DNA from: Somniosus microcephalus
Taxonomy: Eukaryota
Assembly: GCA_052327205.1 (NCBI GenBank)
Contig: CM126217.1
Coordinates: forward strand, 44,454,001-44,518,000
DNA: 64,000 nt
Direction of reading: 5' to 3'
Both the position numbers and the translations under genes were made by a program. Positions within the stretch are counted from its first letter, which is position 1, and every line of letters starts with the position of its first letter. Below, in pieces: positions 26,421 through 38,717 of this stretch. The notes beneath the pieces were generated by a model, which did no database searches, was not told the origin of the DNA, and saw only the letters and a list, made by a program, of their open reading frames with translations.

Positions 26421-27551
26421 AGATCAAGCAGCAACCAGTCGAGCTTCCACTGATCCAAAAAGGGGTGGAGAGAGGGGAAAGCGCCAGCTAGATAAGGCAG
26501 AGTTCCTTTTTAAACAAAAAAATAAGGCAGGAAAAAAAAAAGTTTTTGAAAACTTTTGCGCTACTTTGCAGAAGTTCGCACGTTCAACTATAAGTGTACT
26601 TCAGAGATATACCTGCCCCCCGGGGGGCTGAGAGTGACCGTCGGCTCAACGCGATTCTTGGACTGCTGGATGTGTTACTTTGTCAAAGTGAGGGGTGCAT
26701 GTGTGGACCAAAATAGCCAGTTAGTGGAAACTGGGAACTCGAGAAGAGATCCGAGTGATCGCAGCTGGGAGCATTGGAAGTGGGGATTGAATCGATTTGC
26801 TGCCGCTGGAGAAGGTTACTAAAAAAAAAACGCCCGGGAGAGAAGGTACTTTGTGTGAGCCTTGTGATTTGTTTCAAGTGGGCTCACGTTTTCAGCATTT
26901 TCTTCAGCAATTCATGTGACAGCCAGTTTGTGAAATGGCTGAACCGCGTTACAACCGAGCCGGGCTCTGACAGACAAGGCTGGCAAACAAAGATACACAA
27001 ACAACACGGAATTGATGAAGTGACACTCGATTTGAAAACAAATAATAGCTCAGTCCCTCAGGTAAAATAGCCTGCGTCCAGAGGGAAGGTACAATAACAA
27101 TAATTCAAATACAAAACAAAAGTAAAAACTTGCAAAACCAAAAGCTAACTTCAGTCATAAGACAAAAGTGGAATAAAGAAGTACAGGACGGAAAGTAACA
27201 GAGTTGCAGAAAAAAACTAACAAGCAGTAATAAGGGGGAGAGATCGGCTGAATGTGTGTGAGGGGGAAGTGAGAACGAGTGGAGTTCAAGGATTGGTACG
27301 TCTGCCGGATCTCTTTATGTGCTGGTGTTGGTGTGGAGTTATGGATCTAAACCTGAAAGAGTTTCAATAACAGGTGCAACATGCTCACACAAGCCAGCTC
27401 CATTCCTCTTACTGCCCTGGACTCCTGAGAACCAACTGCTTCATGGTGACTTTGTTGGCTTCTTCATCCTGAGAATTTTACTGCTTTCCAATAGAAGAAC
27501 TCTGATTAACCGCAAGAGCCTGGATATTTCCCAGTAATCCTGACCCTGAAC

Positions 27552-27557
27552 ATGCAG
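27552..27557 (+). CDS. Putative first coding codons (Met-Gln) at the end of a 5' exon of an unidentified gene; remaining exons not found in the window
   Basis: GAACATGCAG|GTGAGT: A at -3, consensus donor, in-frame upstream TAA at 27507; lies inside the CpG domain. Could alternatively be a uORF. Confidence 0.4.
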
Positions 27558-28844
27558 GTGAGTGAGTGTTCACCTCCCCTCTGGTCAGTTGCTTTTAATG
27601 AAGCGAGAGATGTGAAAATGAATGAGAAGTATTTATTATGGATGAACATAAAACGTTAGATTGGTATTGAAAATGGTCGTCTTGTCACTAAATTGTTTGC
27701 ACTTGACAGCAGAATGCTGCAGAGTGGATGCAGTATTGTTCTCCTGTTACATAGGTGTTTATTTTACTTTGTTTGGAGTGTGTGTTTGGAGAGTTGAAAC
27801 AGAACATTGATAAGATGCCTTTATCACTCAACCCATCTATCTTACCTCTCCCAATCTGGGACTACTTTCCCCCTATACTGCATTTAGTTTTTCATTGCCC
27901 CAGTGAATGTCATTTTACTTTTGCCCCTAATTGTTCTATCGCTGTTCTTTTACTTCTGAGTTCACGCCTTCATAAGTACTGGGAAAGAATTTCATGCAAA
28001 CTGTAATCTCAATAGACGTGGAATAATAATAATCTCAACCTCTATAAAGCAAATATCTGCTTTAGTGGAATTCAGTTGTATTTGAGCTGCAACGTTTAAA
28101 GCTCTTCTCAATGTCTAATTCACAACAATGCCTTGCCTTTACAGACAGTTTACCTTCCTGTGTTCCATACATTTGTTCAAATATTACATGAACATTTTTA
28201 AATGTTAGTTCATTCTTCGACTTTAAGTAAGGAATAAAGTGTTCCAAGTACTCTTGTGTTGTTCCTCCTACCTACACACACTTGTCTGATTTGAACTTTG
28301 CTGCGTCCTACTTTTCTCTATAGTGCATATAATCTCTGGCGGTTCCATGTACCAACATATCTGTCGGTAGTTTTCAAGTCTAATAGAAGATTAACTCAGT
28401 GAGTTCTCATTTTGAGGACATTTGGATCCACGACGACCCTGCTCCCCTCAAAAAAAAATCTACGGCTGCTGAAGGAAGACAAACCATTAACGGAGCGACT
28501 GATTTTAAATGGAAGAAGCGAATTTCTCCTTGGGAACTGACATTGACACACATGTGCCTTACAGCTGTAATGTGGTAGGCTTTGGTTGGTTGCGAAGGGG
28601 GAGGCTGGCTGTGCCTGGTGGTTGTTATATTGGTTGGAAGGGATAAGAACATTAACTACCGCATGCTTAAATTGAAAGAGTGGAGTGACAGGCGATCTCT
28701 GCTGGTTTCAGTGATCGGGGTACGATCCATGAAATTGATCTCTTTGTGTGCGTGAAGGGGAGGGGGAGGGGGAGGCCCTGAGTCGGTTTACAGACCCCCC
28801 TCCATCTGATTTAGCCCATGTTCCCTTGGGGTGGTGGGGGGATA

Positions 28845-29517
28845 GGCCTGTAATGTGTCCGGATCAGTCCGGGTGAAAGCCCTGTAATGTGTCCGGATCA
28901 GTCCGGGGGAAAGCCCTGTAATGTGTCCGGATCAGTCCGGGGGAAAGCCCTGTAATGTGTCCGGATCAGTCCGGGGGAAAGCCCTGTAATGTGTCCGGAT
29001 CAGTCCGGGTGAAAGCCCTGTAATGTGTCCGGATCAGTCCGAGTGAAAGCCCTGTAATGTGTCCGGATCAGTCCGGGTGAAAGCCCTGTAATGTGTCCGG
29101 ATCAGTCCGGGTGAAAGCCCTGTAATGTGTCCGGATCAGTCCGGGTGAAAGCCCTGTAATGTGTCCGGATCAGTCCGGGTGAAAGCCCTGTAATGTGTCC
29201 GGATCAGTCCGAGTGAAAGCCCTGTAATGTGTCCGGATCAGTCCGAGTGAAAGCCCTGTAATGTGTCCGGATCAGTCCGGGTGAAAGCCCTGTAATGTGT
29301 CCGGATCAGTCCGGGTGAAAGCCCTGTAATGTGTCCGGATCAGTCCGGGTGAAAGCCCTGTAATGTGTCCGGATCAGTCCGGGTGAAAGCCCTGTAATGT
29401 GTCCGGATCAGTCCGGGTGAAAGCCCTGTAATGTGTCCGGATCAGTCCGGGTGAAAGCCCTGTAATGTGTCCGGATCAGTCCGGGTGAAAGCCCTGTAAT
29501 GTGTCCGGATCAGTCCG
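28845..29517. repeat. Minisatellite, 34-bp unit GCCCTGTAATGTGTCCGGATCAGTCCGGGTGAAA, about 19.8 copies
   Basis: Head-to-tail units with only CCGGGTGAAA/CCGGGGGAAA/CCGAGTGAAA variants; no spacers. Confidence 0.98.
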
Positions 29518-31939
29518 TGGCTCCAGCACGTTTTCTGGCAGATTGAAATGCTTTGTGAAGCAATTTAAACAAGAACATGCCGAGCTCGGGAATACCACTC
29601 TCAAAATGTCGCGTAACACGAAAAGGGCCAGCTCCGGGCGCTTACAGGAGAGAAGGGTTTCGCACAACTTTTCATGGGAGGCTTTGTAAGAACTAGCGTT
29701 ACATTCGTGCTTATTGAGTGCGAGTGTAAAGTGGTTATTATATTTAAACCTTTCTTTCGATAGTTACTAACCATCAGACTGCTAAGTAACTTCGAATAGC
29801 GCGGAAGTACAGTTTTTTGTGTAATATAATACAATATATTTCTATAACCAATGAAGTGGTCATCACCAAGTACTTTAAACTTTAATTTCTTTGTAAAGGC
29901 TGCAGAAGTTATTTCCCGACGTGCGGTTCCACACTAAACTAAAGATAGGTGAAGCGTGTAGGTATTTTAAATGGTTCAGATGAAGTCAATAAAGGGGATG
30001 ATGTTGCCCAGTATTGATTCAAACCAGATCTGCGTTAAGTCAGACCGCGGGCCCTGATCCAGACAAGACCCCCTCCCTTTCCCTCCCCCTCCCGAGCAAA
30101 GGGCTCCCCACTCCCGGCACACCAGCGCTGCCTTCTCATCTCGCCAGGGTGTGAAAGTCGCGGAGCTGGGCGACCAGCTTCAGGGCAGCACTCCGCCATC
30201 ACCGGCGCTTCTGAAAGGCGACACAGAACTCGAATGGAGAGAGATTGGTGTGTTTTAGTGCACAATACATCATTCTCATCGTGTGCTCACTCACTATTCA
30301 TGGCTATGATTTAGAAAAAACACTTTTTTATGCCAAACTAATTGTACTGGATCCATTTATTCCGATTGCGCCCAGTTGAATGGTTTATCTGTATAATGAA
30401 GAGAGGCGCGGGCGATCCGCAGTGTCTTTTCACGCACCAGGTCTTGCAGATTTTGGAGACATTCTCGATGATTTCACATCGTATTTTGTAAGTAGGCAGA
30501 AGTTTAATTAGCACAGACTGAGATGCGGTTAGGCAAAGGGGTCGATAGAAGTGTAAAACAAGTAGTTTAACATCGGGCATTTTCCATGGAGTGAATCAGC
30601 ATTGCTTTAACTAAGGGCATTAATTGAAGTGATGGGTGTATAACATGCACTCAGGTGAACCCACCACCAGTCATTTCTGTCAGATCAAAGAGAGTTTAAA
30701 TATGCGAGTGGCCCAAACTCATCCAGCAGAGCACTGAATGAGGGGGAAAGGGAGACTCCAGAAACCAATCGTACCCAGGTTCTCCAACACCAAGTTCATT
30801 CATCCGCAAAACTTCCCGAGTTCGCGTGATCGGATTTCAAAAAGTACAGAAATCCCAGAGCTAACCTGTAGCGAATGTTGCCTCTCGCTGGCAGAACTCT
30901 GTTACTGCAGCTCTTTCCTGGCCGGATTGGGATTTGGGGAAAGAAGTTTTTCCTCCCCGTGTTTAAAGTGGTTACCTAGTTCTGTGTGATAATCAGTTCG
31001 AAGAACGAATTCATTTCAAAAGGAACATTTAACTGTAAAGCAATGAATATTGACACCGAAAAGTAAACCGCATAAATGATTAATATCTGTTTGTTTAATT
31101 CACGGGTCAAATCGCAAAGTATCATCCATTTCCCGTTATATATAAATCTTGATCGAGTCGCACAATCCCAATTTATCACCAGTCCTCCCATTACACATAA
31201 ATTCTCTTCCAATTACTCGATTTCAATGTCCCATCCGCTCCCATGACAGAAAAACTCCGATCCAATTACACAGTTGCCGTTGTTCCATCTACATCCATTC
31301 ACAGAACTCCTGATTAACTGGTGTCATCCCTTTGTACCATCAATACTACTTTAAAGCTATCTTGATCTGGCTTAGTTGGAATTGTGCTGCCTGGTGTGAA
31401 ATTCAGCCACACAGACCAGGAATGTCCACAGTTCAATCCCCAGCCAGTGCTACATCAGCTGATGGTGTGGGGATTTCCCTTCACATTCCTGGGCTTGAGA
31501 AGTGAAAACTAGCCAAGCTCCTGCTCTTGCTCAGGACCCAGTGACCCCTGTTGGACGGTGCAATTGCCTGACTGCTGCGTGAGGACAGGATTGGGCTCAG
31601 CTGTGATGCCACCAGTGGTCAGAGAAGCCTGCCAGCACTTGTTTAGTCTCGCACACGAAGAACGACAACTTGCATGAGATGCTGGAGGTTGGCCGGTAGC
31701 TGTAGAACATACATCCGCATGAGTCAGCTTCAGTAGAGGAGGGGAAAACACCAAACAAAAAAACTCCTGATGAAGTCACAATATATCTTCCCTATTCAGT
31801 TATTATACCATAAAAGGAACAATCTTGACGTCGCCAGAGAATCTGAGTAGAGATATACTTCTGATATGGCTACCAAATTTATGAGGAAATTAGTTTAGCT
31901 TTTATTAATAGATAAAGTTTATGGTAGAATGCATACTTA

Positions 31940-32366
31940 CATTTGACAATCTCCATTGGCTCCCTGTTCTCCAAAGCACACAATTCAAAATCCTCATCCT
32001 CGTTTATAAATCCCTGACTGACCTAATTCTTCCCTATTTCTGCAACGTCCTCCAGCCATGGATCCCAGTCTGTACCCTTCAGCCTCAGAATTACTTCCGT
32101 AAACCTCTTTGCTGTACAGGTACTACTTTCCTGTACATCTTTAAAAGCTTCCTCACAACATCCTGCTCAAAACCTATCTTTTCAACCGTGCTTTTGGTTT
32201 ACCGCTCTACATTACTACAACAACAACAACATTTCAACACTTCATTGGCTGTGAAGCACTTTGGGATGTCCTGGACATGGAAAGGACTATTTAAATGAAA
32301 GTTTCTCTTCTCTTCCTCCTCCTCCTCTTTCTCTTCTTCATCCTCCTCCTCTTTCTCCTCTTCTTC
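31940..32366 (+). mobile_element. L2 3' end followed by a (CTT/CTC)n microsatellite
   Basis: LHWLPVLQSTQFKILILVYKSL (L2 C-terminus), L2 tail GTGAAGCACTTTGGGATGT, pyrimidine repeat 32305-32366. Confidence 0.7.
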
Positions 32367-33339
32367 CGTGGCATCTATTCCTCTTTAAACCGCCTTGGGA
32401 TATTTTGTGTAAATCACTATACAAATGTAAGTTGTTATGAATGTATAACTGCCTGCATCAGAAGAGCTTCATTCACTAGCGTTCAAATGCTGATTACATT
32501 TTAATGTTTACAGAGAGAGCTGACTGTCTTGTTGGCTCTCTGCTGGCTGTAAGAATTGAAAAAAATGAAGGTTGGAGCATTTGCAACTTTTAATCTTCAC
32601 TTTGCTACAATGGGTTGTAAAGCTAAAGCTGTGTTAGATTGTATCTTTTACCTATATGTGCTTTGGGTGGTTTCACATTTGAACTACGCTTCACACTGTT
32701 TGCACTGATGCAGACCATTTACTTTTACTGACCTATAAGCATGTGAGTGAATTGGAGCAGTTTTTGTTTGTGTATGCGTTGGTGACTGTGTATGTACATG
32801 TGTGTTAATGAGCATGAATAAGTGATTGAATGCATGAGCATACTAGTGAGTTCAGTCTAAGTTATATCTGAATGTCTTGAACTCATGATAAGATGTCCAA
32901 ATCATGAATAAAACTGAACAAGAACAGAATGATGCTAGTTAAATGAGGCCATTATTAAATAAAGAGTCAATGAGATCACTTGAACAGGACTGGAAACAGA
33001 AGTGAGATATTAAAAGAGAACATTTTCTGTGTAATACTGGCCATTAAAAATAATCAAACCCAAATAATATGAACATTACTGTAATTTTAGGATTATTATT
33101 AAACACATGAAAGGCCAATGCATCTTGCCTATATTTTGCCTACATCAACTGACTTTAACTGTACTTCCTAGGGTTCCTGCCCAGATTACAAAGTCTAAAC
33201 AAAGATTAATTACAGTGCAGTTATATTGCCACTTTCACATCAATGCAAAGTGGTTTCACCAAAGTACATTACTACTCAGATTCAGGTCACTGCACTATAA
33301 GTAACCTTCAAAAGATGTTAACATTTTTATAATTTTAAC

Positions 33340-34140
33340 TCTTTTACTGCTCTGTCCTGGATTGTGCTGAACTTCTTGAGTGTTAATGCAGCTGCACCCG
33401 TCCAGGAAAGTGGTAAGTATTCCATTGCACTCCTAACCTGAGGCTTGTAGATGGTGGAGAGGATTTGAGGGGCCAGGAGTTGAGTCACTTGCCACAGAGT
33501 GTCCAGTCTCTGTGTAGTTATTGTGTTGCTATGGCTGGTGCAGTAAAACTTCTGGTCAGTAGTGACCCTCAAGGTATTGATGTTGGGAGACTCAATGATG
33601 GTGGTGCTGTTGAATATCGGGGGAGATGGTTGGGCTTTTTCTTGTTCAAAATGGCCATTGACTGGAATTAATATGGTGCAAATATTATCTACCACTTATC
33701 AGCCCAAGCCTTATCAGTCTTAATCTAAATGTAAACTCTCGGGAGCCGCAAGCCTACATTTCGTTGTACTGCACTTGTGCACTAACAATGACAATAAAAG
33801 TTGATTTGATTTGATTTGAAGCCTGGATGTTATCCAGGTCCTGCTGTAGGCTGGTATGGGCTGTGCCTTCTACTGCCAAGAAGGACAAGAGCAACAATGT
33901 TGTGGCAACACTATCACCTCTGAGACACACACCATCCTGACATGAACATATATCACTGTTCCTTCATTGTCTCTGGTTCAGAATCCTGGAATTCCCTTAC
34001 TTGATATTACTGTGGGGCCACCATCACCAAGAGGATGACAGTGTTTCAAGAGAAGGCCCACCACCACTTCGCAGGGCAACTAGGAATGGGCAATAATTGT
34101 GGCCTTGTCAGCATTTCCCACATTCTGAGTACAAATTAAA
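33340..34140. mobile_element. CR1/L2-group LINE fragment with inversion (RT C-terminus on -, 3' end on +)
   Basis: ORF 33327-33695: TIYKPQVRSAMEYLPLSW...LKKFSTIQDRA; 3' end at 33860-34140 on the opposite strand. Confidence 0.7.
33712..33818 (+). mobile_element. 5'-truncated non-LTR retrotransposon 3' end (Rex1/Babar- or L2-like) with a (TTGAT)n tail
   Basis: ATGACAATAAAAGTTGATTTGATTTGATTTG; 6-bp TSD AAGCCT at 33706-33711 and 33819-33824. Confidence 0.75.
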
Positions 34141-35154
34141 GTGTTTTTAATATATATATATATTTTAGAAAACATCAACATTTAAGAGCTTGATTGAATT
34201 TTTACTACTGCTTTTAATATTTTAAATGTCTGTTTTTGTTGGTTATTTCATTATTATTAATTAATTGCTTTGTTCCTATAACCATCATGATCGTGGAAGG
34301 ATTACACAGACAGGGTGGAATAGGTCAGCTGATCTATTGTGAACTTGAAAATGTAGAAAAACATACCAAATAAAATGTCAAAAATCACAATTTTCTAAGT
34401 GAAGGGTTGCATGCCCCAAGAGCACTCTAGAAAGTAAATCATGTGCCTTCATTTATTCTGTGCCCTTTCAGACTTTCATGTACTCATGCTTTTTGTTCCT
34501 CCAATGTAAGTGAAAGAATGTTGGATATATCTACAACTTAAGTTACAAGAAGTATGTGTCTCTTTGCACTTTTCGTATAATTATTTGTTTTGCTTTATAT
34601 TCAGGGCCATTTTTGAATTATCATTTGGGACTGTGCCAGTTTTTTTGAACCGCTGGTCAGTTTTTGCTAGTCCTACAGGCTAGTAGGTATGTTTATTAAA
34701 TATTTACTTCCTGGAAGTAATCACTAAAGAAAACATTAGTAACATGGCTACCCATCACAGGAGGATTTACGAGTAATTTAATAATTTTGATGGGAGGCCG
34801 TAGACAGGCTCAAAACAATTAAATCCCCAGGGCAAATATCCAAGGGTGCTAGGTGAGATTAGAGATGAAATCTGCAAAGTGCTGATGGTCATTATGAAGG
34901 AATTGATGAACACAAGAGGTCTCACTGGATTGAAAAGAAGCAAACGTGGCAGCTATCTTCAAAAAAGGTGACAAAACCCAAAACAGTCCCATTAGTCTTG
35001 TATACATAATTGATTGCATTATTTTATTTTGCCAATCATAAGGAACAAACCAGGGGATTATTTGTATGAGAATAATATAGTAAATGGAAGTCAATGTGAT
35101 TTTAGAAGGGAAAGATCATGCTTGACAAACATTCTTGACTATTTTGAAGAAATT

Positions 35155-36233
35155 TTGAAAATTGGTTAACAGACAGGAAACAGAGAGTAGGAATAAATGG
35201 GTCTTTTTCAGGGTGGCAGGCGGTGACTAGTGGGGTACCACAGGGATCAGTGCTTGGGCCCCAGCTATTCACAATATATATCAATGATTTGGATGAGGGA
35301 ACCAAATGTAATATTTTCAAGTTTGTTGATGACACGAAACTAGGTGTGATTGTGAGCTGTGAGGAGGATGCAAAGAGGCTTCAGGGCAATTTAGACAAGT
35401 TGAGTGAGTGGGCAAATACATGGCAGATGCAGTATAACGTGGATAAATGTGAAGTTATCCACTTCGGTAGGAAAAACAGAAAGGCAGAATATTATTTAAA
35501 TGGTGATGTACAAAGGGACCTGGGTGTCCTTGTACACCAGTCACTGAAAGCAAACATGCAGGTGCAGCAAGCAGTTAGGAAGGCAAATAGTATGTTGGCC
35601 TTCATTGCAAGAGGATTTGAGTACAGGAGCAAGGATGTCATACTACAGTTATACAGGGCCTTGGTGAGACCACACCTGGAGTACTGTGTGCAGTTTTGGT
35701 CTCCTTACCTAAGAAAGGATATACTTGCCATAGAGGGAGTGCAGCGAAGGTTCACCAGACTGATTCCTGGGATAGCAGGACTATCGTATGAGGAGAGATT
35801 GGGTCGACTAGGCCTATATTCACTAGAGTTTAGAAGAATGAGAGGGGATCTCATTGAAACGTATAAAATTCTGACAGGGCTAGACAGACTGGATGCAGGG
35901 AGAATGATTCTCCTGGCTGGGGGGTCTAGAACGAGGGGTCACAGTCTCAGGATACGGGGTAGGACATTTAGGACTGAGATGAGGAGGAATTTCTTTACTC
36001 AGAGGGTGGTGAACCTGTGGAATTCTCTACCACAGAAGGATGTGGAGGCCAAGTCACTGGATATATTTAAGAAGGAGATATATAGATTTCTAGACACAAA
36101 AGGCATCAAGGGGTATGGGGAGAGAGCGGGAATATGATATTGAGATAGAGGATCAGCCATGATCATATTGAATGGCGGAGCAGGCTCGAAGGGCAGAATG
36201 GCCGACTCCTGCTCCTATTTTTCTATGTTTCTA
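35155..36233 (+). mobile_element. Young 5'-truncated CR1 LINE (304-aa open RT C-terminal ORF) nested in an older CR1 spanning about 34850-36930
   Basis: SGVPQGSVLGPQLFTIYINDLD...KFVDDTKL...RPHLEYCVQFWSP...WNSLP; 3'UTR hairpin and TTCTATGTTTCT tail; the older CR1 frame (GRSCLTN...LYLDFQ) is split around it. Confidence 0.93.
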
Positions 36234-36939
36234 ACATTCAAAATGACAATTTTCATGATTTATACCTAGACTTTCAAAATGTTTATTCCACGTCAAGGCT
36301 GCTACATTGCACAAGCTTAACAGAGTAGGTATGTATGGTGTAACTTAGAGGAGATAAGGAACTGGCTCAAAGAGAGGAAGCAGCGGGTACTAATTGGGGA
36401 GAGATATCAAGCTGGGGAGATGTACTGAATAGAGTGCTCCGGGGACCCGCCTAGTCCTACTTCTATTTGAGGCTCAGTTTCAGAAAGGAAATAAAATTTG
36501 GTCAAAGTTTCAAATGATCCTAAGCAAAAGGATAGGAATAGTCAAATCTAATGTGGCGGTCAAGGAACTACAGCAGGACCTAGATAAAATTTGCAAGTGG
36601 GCACAGTTCAAGAAGTGGATGGTATTGTACACTGGGGGAGATGCTCAATGAACCAGGTAGGGAAGAGGCTGAAATAAATCTGGAATAATCTAAGCATCGC
36701 CAACCACCACAAAGTGGCAATCAAAAAGTAAGCAGCATACTAAGCTATAGTGCCATGTCAGTAGAGTAGAAGTCTGATGTAATCACACTGAAACAGTTCT
36801 GTGCTTTAGATTGGCCACACTTTGAGTACTGCATCTAATTCTGGTCAATAAGGTACAAGAGAATAGTCCAAACCCAGAAAGTGGTGCAGGGTTGGGCTAC
36901 AGGGTGATCACTAGTGTCAAAGAACTGAAATCAGATTTG

Positions 36940-38510
36940 GATATAAGGGGCACAATATCAAAGTTTGTAGACAATACAAAACTAGGGATTCTAAGTGATT
37001 TCAGGAGCACATAGACAGAATAGTAGATTGGGAAGATAGATGTCAGATGAAATTCAATGTGGAGAAATGTCAAGAGATAGATTTTGGAAGAAATATTAAT
37101 GAGAGGACATATAGACTAAACGGTAACATTTCAAAAGGAATAGAGGAGCATAAATAATTAAAATTGGAAGGGCAAGTTGATAAAGAATAGAGATTGAGTA
37201 GACTAGGCCTATGTTCACTCGAGTTTAGAAGAATGAGAGGTGATCACATTGGAACATATAAGATTCTGAGGGGGATTGAGAGGATGTTTCCCCTAGTAGG
37301 GGTATCTACAACTGGGGAGCATAGTTTCAGAATAAGGGGGTCACCCATTTAAGACGGAGATGAGGAGGAATTTCTTCTCTGAGGGTCGTGAATCTTTGGA
37401 ATTCTCTACCCCAGAGAGCTGTGGAGACGGAGTCATTGAATATATTCAAGGTGGAGATTGACAGACAGTTGAACTACAAGGGAGTCAAGGGGTATGGGGA
37501 GAGAGCGGGAGAGAGCCAAGATTGGATCAGCCATGATCTTATTGAATGGCGGAGCAGGCTCAAAGGGCCGATTGGCCTACTCCTGCTCCTGTTTCTTATG
37601 TTCTTGTTCATATGGAATGATTGTTCATATGGAATGATTGAAGTACAGCAAACTCTTTTTTATCTGGCACCGACGGGACCGGCGTGCTGCTGGTTGATCA
37701 AAAAGTCCGGATTACAGAGAGGTATACTTACTAAGGTACAAGAGCCCCGTACATGGCCACAGATCCAGGTGTCCCTGTTGCATGGCAACAGGTGCAGGAA
37801 CCCCGGTTACACGACCACAGATCCAGGAACCCCATTTCACGGCCACTAATATGAAGTAAAACTTACCTGAACCTACTCCTGAATTTTGCCGGTTAAGAGA
37901 GATTTCTGGTTATTTAGGTGCCGGTAAAAAGAGAGTTTCCTGTAGATAACATTGACAGATTTAAGGGGAGGTTTGGTGCATGCATGAGGGAGAAGGGAAT
38001 GGAGAAATATGGGAGCAGGATGGGAAGAGGTAATTAGAATGGCGGGAGGCTTGTGTAGAATATAAACACCGGCATAGACGGTTGGGCCAAATAATCTGTT
38101 TCTGTGCCGTATGTAAAAGCTGGGACTCTTTTCATTTGAACAAAGAAATTTAAGAAGAGATCTGATAGAGGTGTACACAATTATGAAGTGTTTTGATATA
38201 ATAAATTGTGAAAAATTCTTTTCACTGGTCGTTGAGTTGGTAATTTGAGGGCATAAATTTAAGCCCAAAAGAACGAAGGGAGAGGATAGTTTTTTTTTGC
38301 AGAGTTGTTAAGGCGCATGGAATTCCCTACCAGCAACTGGTGGAAGCAGAAGCTATAATAGCAATTAAAATGAAAGTGGATAAATTTCATAAAAAGAAAA
38401 AAATTAAAGGGTATGGGGAATGGGCCTAAGTTAATAGATCGTTCAGAGAGCTGACACAGACACGATGGCTCAAATGGCCTTTTGCTGTGCTGCAAAATTC
38501 TGCTGTTCTA
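36940..38510 (+). mobile_element. Stack of CR1 3' fragments
   Basis: Repeated LEFRRMRGDxIE, WNSLP and 3' tail motifs at about 37190-37606, 37945-38115 and 38120-38510. Confidence 0.75.
37646..37942. mobile_element. Tc1/mariner-pogo (Tigger-like) MITE, copy 1
   Basis: TA TSD; about 26-bp TIR CAG(C/G)AAACTCT(T/C)TTTT...GGCACC; homologous to 50071-50370. Confidence 0.85.
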
Positions 38511-38545
38511 TGAGGAGAGGCTGGAGAATATACTAAAGAAGCATA

Positions 38546-38717
38546 GGGGGTCATTTTAACCCTACCTTCCCAGTGGGAAACTGACACAATCCGATTGGCC
38601 GCCCGTTTTACACACTGTCTTATTTCACTTTCTGTTGAGGTCATGGGAAAATAAAATCGGACAGGGTGTAAAACAGGCGGACGATCTGATCACATCAATT
38701 AGGTTAAAATTATTTCC
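38546..38717. mobile_element. Palindromic (fold-back) MITE
   Basis: GGGGGTCATTTTAACC...GGTTAAAATTATTTCC termini; internal arms GCCGCCCGTTTTACAC / GTGTAAAACAGGCGG. Confidence 0.65.

Noticed and set aside
28845-29517. CRISPR array (34-bp, partly palindromic unit ending in GAAA)
   Set aside because: Units are head-to-tail with no unique spacers, there are no cas genes, and the context is vertebrate.
28845-29517. Tandem hammerhead or twister ribozymes
   Set aside because: No CUGANGA on either strand; UAAUG and a CCGG stem recall twister, but the conserved loop and pseudoknot partners are absent.
32295-32504. Signal-peptide-like hydrophobic ORF
   Set aside because: Translation of a (CTT/CTC)n microsatellite at an L2 tail.
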